64,000 bases of DNA from a virus. Both the position numbers and the translations under genes were made by a program. Shown one piece after another: positions 57,198-64,000 of the stretch; positions within the stretch are counted from its first letter, which is position 1; each line of letters begins with the position of its first letter. The stretch lies in IMG/VR virus record IMGVR_UViG_3300032242_001844. One strand, written 5' to 3'. The notes under the pieces are model-generated. The model was not told where the DNA came from. It saw only the letters and a list, made by a program, of their open reading frames with translations, and did no database searches.

Positions 57198-58661
57198 ATG
57201 TTATTAGGTATCAATGCTAACAACCATGATGCAAGTATTGCTCTTGTTGACGGGTCTAACATTCTTTTTGCGGGTCACGCTGAGCGGTATAGCAGATTAA
57301 AAAATGATCCGCATCTTAATGAGGCACTCATTGATGATGCGCTACAATATGGCATACCAGATAGAATAGTATGGTATGAACAGCCATGGAAACGCACGGT
57401 TCGCAATCTTATAAGTGGTCAGCGTCCGCTACATTACAACTTAAAATCATATCTTAAAAAATATGGATTAGGTAAAATACCAGTGATCACTACGCCGCAT
57501 CATGGCGCACATGCTGCTATGGGATACTATACCAGTGAATTTCCTGATGCTGCTATTGTGGTAATTGATGCTATTGGCGAACTAGATTGCACTTCAATAT
57601 GGCGTGGTCGTGGTCATAAACTTGACAAAGTTTGGCACAATGTTTATCCACAGAGCATTGGACTATTTTACAGTGCTATTACTGATTACCTTGGGTTTAA
57701 GCCAAATGAAGAAGAATATATTGTCATGGGCATGGCAGCATATGGCGAACCAAAACATCTTAAAGAAATGCTCAATGAGTTCTTTGGTGTATGGTCGCCA
57801 CCTAATGTAGAGTTCAAACACAATCTGCATCGGGGTATGCGTTGGTGGAAAACGCCTGATGAAAATGGTTGGAAGCCTGAAGATATTGCAGCTACTGCTC
57901 AAGCAATATATGAACAATATCTAATGGCAATTTGTCGCTATGCTCGTGAAGTGATTGGTAGCAATAATCTTGTATTGGTAGGTGGTTGCGCACTTAATTG
58001 TGTAGCAAACAGTAGATTAAAAACATTTACTGAATTTAATAAGATATGGGTGCCACCAAATACTAGTGATGCTGGTTTAGGTTTAGGTGCAATTACCTAT
58101 CATACCAAGAAGCATGTGCACATGAACCATGCGTTTCTTGGTTATAATATTGATCGCAAAGTAGATGTCCGTGCAGTAGTTGATGCACTGGAAGCAGGAC
58201 AAGTTGTTGGTATTGCCAATGGTCGTGCAGAGTTTGGTCCTCGTGCGTTAGGTAATCGTTCGCTGCTTGCAGACCCTCGTGGTGGCGATGTAAAAGATCG
58301 TGTTAATGCAATTAAGAAGCGCGAACCATTTCGCCCATTTGCACCAATTATATTGAAACCTTGGTTTAGCGAATACTTTTACAGCAAGATGCGAGTAGAC
58401 CATGACTATATGCAATATGCAGATGCATGTCTTTCTCCCCAAGATTTTCCAGCAATTTGTCATGTAGACGGAACTTCTCGTGTTCAAACAATTGATCATC
58501 CTACTCCAAGCATCGTGTACAAGATATTAGAAGCATGGTATTCAAGAACTCGTTGTCCGATGTTGTTGAATACTAGCCTTAATGTTAAAGGTGAACCGCT
58601 GGTAAACACATGGGAAGATGCCCAAAAATTTAATAATTTGCATAATATTCCTGTATTTTAA
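57198..58661 (+). CDS. O-carbamoyltransferase (CmcH/NodU/TobZ family)
   Basis: HDAS, ERY.R.K, HH.AHA, MGMAAYG, GG.ALNC.AN, EFGPRALGNRS, RPFAP, HVDGT.R.Q, NTS.N..GEP. Confidence 0.95.
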   Translation: MLLGINANNHDASIALVDGSNILFAGHAERYSRLKNDPHLNEALIDDALQYGIPDRIVWYEQPWKRTVRNLISGQRPLHYNLKSYLKKYGLGKIPVITTPHHGAHAAMGYYTSEFPDAAIVVIDAIGELDCTSIWRGRGHKLDKVWHNVYPQSIGLFYSAITDYLGFKPNEEEYIVMGMAAYGEPKHLKEMLNEFFGVWSPPNVEFKHNLHRGMRWWKTPDENGWKPEDIAATAQAIYEQYLMAICRYAREVIGSNNLVLVGGCALNCVANSRLKTFTEFNKIWVPPNTSDAGLGLGAITYHTKKHVHMNHAFLGYNIDRKVDVRAVVDALEAGQVVGIANGRAEFGPRALGNRSLLADPRGGDVKDRVNAIKKREPFRPFAPIILKPWFSEYFYSKMRVDHDYMQYADACLSPQDFPAICHVDGTSRVQTIDHPTPSIVYKILEAWYSRTRCPMLLNTSLNVKGEPLVNTWEDAQKFNNLHNIPVF

Positions 58662-58698
58662 TGCTTGACAATGTATAAATCTGTGTTATATTATTAAT

Positions 58699-59724
58699 AT
58701 GACCCAAAAACGAATCGGCTTTTGCTGCAAATGGATTGACACCGTGGATCAACTTGATGGCTTCAAGCCTAAAGATGATGCATTAAACTATAACAACAAA
58801 ACCACCACAGTAGCTTGGTTAAACCGTCAAACCAAAGCGGTTGCTGAGCAGCGGTTGTGGGATATTATGGAGCACAACACTAATGCTACACTCAATTTGG
58901 TCAATCGTGTGGGACTATTGGACCCAAAACTTCGAATGGTGCGTCTTAGTAGTGACATTTTCCCTGTGTACACTGAGCCAACTTGGAGCTATTTCTATCG
59001 TCGTCCAGACACTCTTGCTGCCATCGAAAAGCGATTGGCCCGAATTGGAGAAAGTGCTAAACTTCACGGTGTCCGTATTAGTTTTCATCCAGGCCAGTTT
59101 TGTGTGCTTGGTAGCGACAGAGAAGATGTTATTACAAATTCAATCGCAGAATTTGAGTATCATACTGATATGGCTAGATGGATGGGCTATGGGAATAGCT
59201 GGCATGATTTCGGTTTTAAGATCAATGTCCATATTGCGGGACGGCGAGGTGCAGAAGGAGTTCGCCAAGTCGTTGATAGACTTTCACGCGAGGCCAGAAA
59301 CCTTATCACAATAGAAAACGAGGAATACTCATATGGACTTGATGCTTGTCTTGCTTTGGGTGATATCTTGCCTATCGTTTTTGATACGCATCATCACTGG
59401 ATTCATAGTGGAGAATACATCTCTCCAACTGACGACCGTATTAAAATGGTCAAAGAGAGTTGGCGTGGTGTCCGCCCTTCTCTTCATTACTCTCTTAGTC
59501 GTGAATCTATGGGTATCTCTGATGCTAGTAGACCTGACTTATCCACACTAATGGAAAGTGGTCACAAGAAAGGTACACTTCGTGCGCATAGTGATTTTAT
59601 GTGGAACAGTTCAGTCAATAACTATATTGGCGAACTATGGAACGATTTTGATATCCAGGTAGAAGCAAAGGCTAAAAACCTTGCTAGTTTTAAATTGCAC
59701 GAAGAATTAACCAAAGGAAAATAA
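58699..59724 (+). CDS. uvsE: UV-damage endonuclease
   Basis: IGFCC, RLSSD.FP, HPGQF, IEN, FD.HHH, H.S, AHSD, EAK.K. Confidence 0.92.
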   Translation: MTQKRIGFCCKWIDTVDQLDGFKPKDDALNYNNKTTTVAWLNRQTKAVAEQRLWDIMEHNTNATLNLVNRVGLLDPKLRMVRLSSDIFPVYTEPTWSYFYRRPDTLAAIEKRLARIGESAKLHGVRISFHPGQFCVLGSDREDVITNSIAEFEYHTDMARWMGYGNSWHDFGFKINVHIAGRRGAEGVRQVVDRLSREARNLITIENEEYSYGLDACLALGDILPIVFDTHHHWIHSGEYISPTDDRIKMVKESWRGVRPSLHYSLSRESMGISDASRPDLSTLMESGHKKGTLRAHSDFMWNSSVNNYIGELWNDFDIQVEAKAKNLASFKLHEELTKGK

Positions 59725-60816
59725 ATGAGTTATCTGTTTACTAGTGAAAGCGTAAGTGAAGGACATCCAGATAAAGTTGCTGATGCTATCAGTGATGCGG
59801 TTTTGGATTTAATGATGGCACCGCAGGATAAATCTTATCGTTGTGCGTGTGAAACACTTGTTACCACCAACCAGGTTGTAATTGCAGGTGAATATAAAGG
59901 TGAACTTGATCGTCACTTGGTTGAGGCAACTGTTATCAATACTATTCGTAATATTGGATATGAGCAAAGTGGATTTGATTGGCGCACTGTTGAAATTCTC
60001 AACCTAATGCATGGTCAAAGTGCAGACATTGCACTAGGTACTGATACATTTGGTGCTGGCGATCAGGGCTTGATGTTTGGTTATGCGTCTAATGAAACAC
60101 CAAACTTTATGCCAAGTGCTATTCATTATAGCCATGAAGTTGTAAAGGCACTTACTGAACATCGTAACAGCGGTCGTGATTGGCTTGGTCCAGATGCCAA
60201 GAGCCAAATTACCGTTGAATACAATGATGATAGCAATCCATTCCGCATTGACAAGGTAGTTTGCTCTACACAGCATAGCGAAAACACAGATATGCATACG
60301 GTTCGAACTCGTGTAGAGCAACTTATTCGCAGTGTTCTTCCTGATCGTTTAGTAGATACTCGCACCGAGTTTCATATTAATCCCACTGGACGATTTGTTA
60401 TTGGTGGTCCAGATGGTGATACTGGTCTGACTGGTCGTAAGATTATTGTTGATACTTACGGTGGTTCTGCTCCTCATGGCGGCGGTGCGTTTAGTGGCAA
60501 AGACCCAACTAAGGTTGATAGGTCTGCTGCTTATATGATGCGTTATCTTGCCAAGAATATTGTAGCAAGTGGTCGTGCAGATTGGGCAACGGTTCAGGTA
60601 TCCTATGCGATTGGTCTTGAACAGCCAATGAGTTTCTATGTTGAAAGTAATGGCGATAGCCGTGGTCTAACTAAGTGGATTCGTGACAATGTTGATCTAA
60701 CTCCACTTGGTATTATCAACAAGTTTGACCTGTTCCGTCCTATCTATAGTTCTACTACAAACTATGGTCACTTTGGTAAAGATGGATTGCCATGGGAAAC
60801 GGTTGATCTTTTCTAA
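59725..60816 (+). CDS. metK: S-adenosylmethionine synthetase
   Basis: FTSESVSEGHPDK, GAGDQG, GLTGRKIIVDTYGG, GGGAFSGKD. Confidence 0.97.
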   Translation: MSYLFTSESVSEGHPDKVADAISDAVLDLMMAPQDKSYRCACETLVTTNQVVIAGEYKGELDRHLVEATVINTIRNIGYEQSGFDWRTVEILNLMHGQSADIALGTDTFGAGDQGLMFGYASNETPNFMPSAIHYSHEVVKALTEHRNSGRDWLGPDAKSQITVEYNDDSNPFRIDKVVCSTQHSENTDMHTVRTRVEQLIRSVLPDRLVDTRTEFHINPTGRFVIGGPDGDTGLTGRKIIVDTYGGSAPHGGGAFSGKDPTKVDRSAAYMMRYLAKNIVASGRADWATVQVSYAIGLEQPMSFYVESNGDSRGLTKWIRDNVDLTPLGIINKFDLFRPIYSSTTNYGHFGKDGLPWETVDLF

Positions 60817-60825
60817 AATAATATA

Positions 60826-60872
60826 TTGACATGTTTGCTGCACTGCGGTATAAATATATGCAGTGCAGCAAA
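60826..60872 (+). promoter_or_regulatory. sigma70/late promoter flanked by inverted PhaR-type boxes
   Basis: TTGACA 60826, TATAAATA 60849; 13-bp inverted repeat TTTGCTGCACTGC/GCAGTGCAGCAAA; TGCAGTGCAGCA 60859-60870 fits TGCRNYGCASMA. Confidence 0.7.
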
Positions 60873-60879
60873 GGAAGTA

Positions 60880-61263
60880 ATGATGCAACCATACACTGTA
60901 GATGAATTAGAATTTATTAACCGTGGCGCAACCGCCACTACAAAGGAGACTGAAATGTTTGATACCGATGAATTTATTGATACCGTACAAGACGCTAAGA
61001 AGACAATGGTTAAGACTTTTGTACAGAATGAAACTATTGCAAAGAGTATGAACGCATTTGTTGATGCACAGACTGCTTATACTAAAGATGCTGTTAAGGC
61101 AGCAGCAAGCGCAATGGGCGTTATTTCCAGTGAAATGGCAAAGTCAGTTGAAGAAGTTAGTGCTGGCAAGCATTTCAAGAAGATGCAAGAACAGGTTTCA
61201 AATGATCTTTACAGCACTTTCTGGAAAGAAGCATTCAAATTTTATACCCCATCATACAAATAA
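60880..61263 (+). CDS. Phasin-like protein (second in-frame start at 60955)
   Basis: Amphipathic Ala/Lys-rich helices FIDTVQ.AKK..V.TFV....AK.MN.FVDAQT.YTK.A; PhaR-type boxes upstream. Confidence 0.55.
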   Translation: MMQPYTVDELEFINRGATATTKETEMFDTDEFIDTVQDAKKTMVKTFVQNETIAKSMNAFVDAQTAYTKDAVKAAASAMGVISSEMAKSVEEVSAGKHFKKMQEQVSNDLYSTFWKEAFKFYTPSYK

Positions 61264-61324
61264 TTTGACATTTTAATTTAATTGTCATATTATAGATATT
61301 AAATATCTACAAAGGAGATAATCG

Positions 61325-61729
61325 ATGAATACTATTATTGCATTATTTGGACTTGCTATTCTTATCGCAGTGATTTACAAGTTGCTAAATCATAAAGATA
61401 ACACGCCTGATCCATTAGATAAGTTAGAAGCGGATGCTAAAGCAAAGTTAGCAGAAGCAGAAAAGGCAGCAAAGGCAAAGATGGACGAAGTATTACATGT
61501 TGCTGAAACTGCCGTTGAATCACTAAAGGCAATTACTAAACCAGAAGGTATGAGTGATGCAGAATGGGCAATGAGTGATCAAAACCCAAGTCGCGTTGAA
61601 GTAGCGCCAGTTATTGTCACTGCTGACGCGCCAGTTGCAGAAGATGTGCCAGTTGCAGAAGATGTGCCAGCCAAGAAGCCTCGTGCTAAGAAGGCTGCTG
61701 CTCCAAAGGCACCAAAAAAGTCTAAGTAA
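61325..61729 (+). CDS. Membrane-anchored protein with Lys/Ala/Pro-rich histone-like tail
   Basis: N-terminal TM, helical middle, KKPRAKKAAAPKAPKKSK tail; AAAGGAG SD. Confidence 0.7.
   Translation: MNTIIALFGLAILIAVIYKLLNHKDNTPDPLDKLEADAKAKLAEAEKAAKAKMDEVLHVAETAVESLKAITKPEGMSDAEWAMSDQNPSRVEVAPVIVTADAPVAEDVPVAEDVPAKKPRAKKAAAPKAPKKSK
61631..61670 (+). repeat. 18-bp in-frame tandem repeat (PVAEDV x2)
   Basis: CCAGTTGCAGAAGATGTG twice, plus CCAG. Confidence 0.9.
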
Positions 61730-61777
61730 TTCAAAGACTTGCGGCATCGGCACGAGCCAAAACTAAAGATGTCCGTT

Positions 61778-61806
61778 AAAAACACCGCTTCGGCGGTGTT
61801 TTTTTT
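61778..61806 (+). terminator. Intrinsic (likely bidirectional) terminator
   Basis: AAAAACACCGC-TTCG-GCGGTGTTTTTTTT. Confidence 0.9.
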
Positions 61807-61849
61807 GCTTGACAATGTTAAAATCTATGCTATATTAAGAGTATAAGCA

Positions 61850-62203
61850 ATGGAGGCAGGTATGATTGTTACGGTAAAAAACACTATGTACGGACAAACC
61901 AAACAATTTTCCTATGAAGGCGAAGAAGTTTCTGTTCCTAAATGGGTAGATTATCCTGCGGTTGCTCTTACGACAGGTGATCGCAAGTTTCCAGTCCGCA
62001 TCATTGCTCGTGAGCATATTGTTAAAATCAACGGCGATGTAGTCACATCAAAAGTTATTATTCCTGCTAATAAACGCCAATTTCAAGTTACTGGCACCAA
62101 TGGAAACACTTATGTTGTTACCGTTGATGGTGCGTATAAATCTTGCACTTGCAGCGGATTTCAATTTCGTCGTAGTTGTAAACATATTGTCGGAGTTGAA
62201 TAA
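61850..62203 (+). CDS. SWIM zinc-finger protein
   Basis: G..G..Y.V.......CTC.GF.FR..CKH; TTGACA 61809 promoter. Confidence 0.8.
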   Translation: MEAGMIVTVKNTMYGQTKQFSYEGEEVSVPKWVDYPAVALTTGDRKFPVRIIAREHIVKINGDVVTSKVIIPANKRQFQVTGTNGNTYVVTVDGAYKSCTCSGFQFRRSCKHIVGVE

Positions 62204-62427
62204 TGGATAATGTAATTGATTGTAAAAACATGTTTATTAACATGCGTATGATGACGATGGTGAAACGATATTTGCGCGATAGTGGCAAGGACAGTGAAGC
62301 CACTGTTGAGTTTTATCCTGATGATGCAAGTCCAACGGGCATTGGGCTGGTGCTTGTTGATAGAAACGGTCATTCTAAAAAAATTAGTAACGATATCATT
62401 AATAATTTATTGACAAAGGTTTCATAG
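62203..62427 (+). CDS. Hypothetical protein
   Basis: Coupled 74-aa ORF; ends in TAG. Confidence 0.55.
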   Translation: MDNVIDCKNMFINMRMMTMVKRYLRDSGKDSEATVEFYPDDASPTGIGLVLVDRNGHSKKISNDIINNLLTKVS

Positions 62428-62460
62428 CCATATATATTAGTATCAATAATGGAGCTTGAA

Positions 62461-63495
62461 TTGTCAAAGAATGTATTAGTTACGGGTGGTGCAGGTTTTA
62501 TTGCTACCCATGTTATCGACCATATCCTTAAAACTACTGATTGGAATATCATCAGTCTTGATCGTTTAGATTTTAGTGGTAATCTAAATCGTCTTAATGA
62601 TATGATGCAAGACCATAGCCCACAGACACGAGCACGAGTAAGGGTAATCTTCCATGATCTTAAGGCAGAAATTAACCCCCTTACGAAGACTCGTATTGGC
62701 AATGTTGATATTATTCTTCACCTTGCCGCTGGCAGTCATGTGGATCGTAGTATCGATTATCCAATGGAATTCGTCATGGATAATGTGGTTGGAACTTGCA
62801 ATATCCTTGAGTTTGCTCGTAAGTGTGATAATTTAGAACGCTTTGTATATTTCTCAACCGATGAAGTATTTGGACCTGCACCTGTTGGCGTGAACTATGG
62901 TGAGTATGATCGCTATAACAGCGGCAATCCATATAGTGCTGCTAAGGCAGGTGGCGAAGAACTTGCAGTAGCATATGAAAATACCTATGGTTTGCCAATC
63001 TATGTAACTCATACTATGAATGTATTTGGGGAGCGTCAGCATCCAGAGAAATTTATTCCTATGTGTATCCGTAAGGCGCGTGATGGAGAAACGATTACTG
63101 TGCACAGTGATAAGACTCGCACTATTCCTGGTTCTCGTCACTACATCCATGCAAAGGATGTTGCCGAAGCCCTTATGTTTATTCTTGAACTTAAAAACTT
63201 TGTAATACCGCCAGAGTTTGGCGGAGCAAAATGTCCTAAATTTAATATTGTTGGCAAACAAGAAATTAATAATCTTGAACTTGCCAAGATCATCGCCAAC
63301 TCACAAGATAAACAGTTACACTATGAAATGGTTGATTTTCACAGCAGTCGTCCTGGACATGACCTTCGTTATTCACTGAGTGGTGAATTTATGAAGAGCC
63401 TTGGTTGGGAACCCAAGATTGAACTTACAGAACGCATTAAACAAGTTGTAGATTGGACTCTTGCTCGTCCAGATTGGTTAAATTTAGATGCCTAA
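62461..63495 (+). CDS. dTDP-glucose 4,6-dehydratase (RmlB-like)
   Basis: GGAGFI, HLAA.SHVDRSI, STDEVFG, YSAAK, EKFIP, RPGHDLRY; GGAG SD favours TTG 62461 (track start 62449). Confidence 0.9.
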   Translation: MSKNVLVTGGAGFIATHVIDHILKTTDWNIISLDRLDFSGNLNRLNDMMQDHSPQTRARVRVIFHDLKAEINPLTKTRIGNVDIILHLAAGSHVDRSIDYPMEFVMDNVVGTCNILEFARKCDNLERFVYFSTDEVFGPAPVGVNYGEYDRYNSGNPYSAAKAGGEELAVAYENTYGLPIYVTHTMNVFGERQHPEKFIPMCIRKARDGETITVHSDKTRTIPGSRHYIHAKDVAEALMFILELKNFVIPPEFGGAKCPKFNIVGKQEINNLELAKIIANSQDKQLHYEMVDFHSSRPGHDLRYSLSGEFMKSLGWEPKIELTERIKQVVDWTLARPDWLNLDA

Positions 63496-64000
63496 GAAAA
63501 CAGAAAAGAAATACGGCGTATTGATTACTAGTGCTATTAATGCAAAGTTTTCAATTTATAGTCCAGAAGAAAGACTAGCACAAACGCTAGAAACTATTAA
63601 GAGCGTTCGTGAACGCATTCCAAATGCTGTTATTTGTTTAACAGATTGCAGTCAACCTGGAATTAGTGAAGAAGTTGCCGCACAACTAAACTCTGCAAAT
63701 GTTGATTATTTTATAGATTTTAGTGACGATGATAATGTGAAATGGATTCATGATAATATTACTGTTCAAGATGTTGTAAAAAACTTAACTGAACTTGGCG
63801 TGGTACAGGGTTTTTTTAATATTGCGCAGGAAGAAGGTTGGTTCAAAGATTGTGACCGTGTGTTTAAGGTCAGTGGTCGCTATACACTAACTGAAAAGTT
63901 TAATACTAAAGACTATGAAAATGACATTGTTGGTGACAAGTATGTTGTTTCTAAGCGTATGTTAAGTCAATTTGTTCCAGGAGTTACTGGCACAGACCAG
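63488..64000 (+). CDS. Glycosyltransferase-like protein, truncated at window end
   Basis: ITSAI, R..QT..TI.S.R..IP, FKVSGRY; frame open to the edge. Confidence 0.55.
   Translation, partial: MPKKTEKKYGVLITSAINAKFSIYSPEERLAQTLETIKSVRERIPNAVICLTDCSQPGISEEVAAQLNSANVDYFIDFSDDDNVKWIHDNITVQDVVKNLTELGVVQGFFNIAQEEGWFKDCDRVFKVSGRYTLTEKFNTKDYENDIVGDKYVVSKRMLSQFVPGVTGTDQ

Noticed and set aside
61749-61768. preQ1-I riboswitch suggested by the AAAACTAA tail
   Set aside because: Hairpin loop too short and lacking the ligand-binding loop; located 3' of a gene
62425-62463. TAG read-through fusing 62203-62427 to the RmlB-like gene
   Set aside because: The downstream gene has its own promoter (TTGACA 62410) and SD, so a fusion is not needed to explain it
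1-64000. Genome-wide TAG reassignment (genetic code 15)
   Set aside because: Coding density is already near-complete under code 11, long genes have no internal TAG, and several genes end plausibly at TAG (12534, 18123, 19976, 40779, 49294, 62425)

Overview
A 64-kb segment of an AT-rich, large lytic tailed-phage genome with T4-like replication genes, almost entirely on the + strand. It is not cellular DNA. In order: ssb (gp32-like), uvsX, uvsY; a ~10-kb nucleotide-sugar/glycosyltransferase/methyltransferase cluster; tRNA-Ala; AAA ATPase, uvsW, clamp-loader-like subunit, a miniaturised 186-aa DnaE-like protein, primase, helicase; late/virion genes behind TAAATA motifs, including a nucleotidyltransferase and a 1217-aa tail fibre/spike; nrdA, nrdB, glutaredoxin; PAAR and lysozyme-bearing baseplate genes; a two-piece (circularly permuted) tmRNA; SleB hydrolase, lipase; bS21, GuaC, Hsp20, ClpS; tRNA-Thr; an amber-suppressor tRNA(CUA); a ~200-nt orphan structured RNA; carbamoyltransferase, UvsE, MetK, a phasin-like gene and RmlB. 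Three independent RNA/DNA signals point to an alphaproteobacterial, probably PHB-storing, host: the permuted tmRNA (tag ANDNNAYDLRLAA), a ROSE-like thermometer on hsp20, and PhaR-type operators. Top observations: (1) the suppressor tRNA lies ~350 nt upstream of a gene whose SD-led ATG is followed at codon 3 by TAG, a possible amber-gated switch in a genome that otherwise uses TAG as stop; (2) paired PhaR-consensus boxes flank the promoters of the phasin-like and DUF3563-like genes; (3) seven early genes, mostly replication/repair, look leaderless, with the ATG exactly 6 nt after a sigma70 -10; (4) the permuted tmRNA, the orphan ncRNA and the mini-DnaE. All family assignments come from motif recognition by eye; no searches were run.
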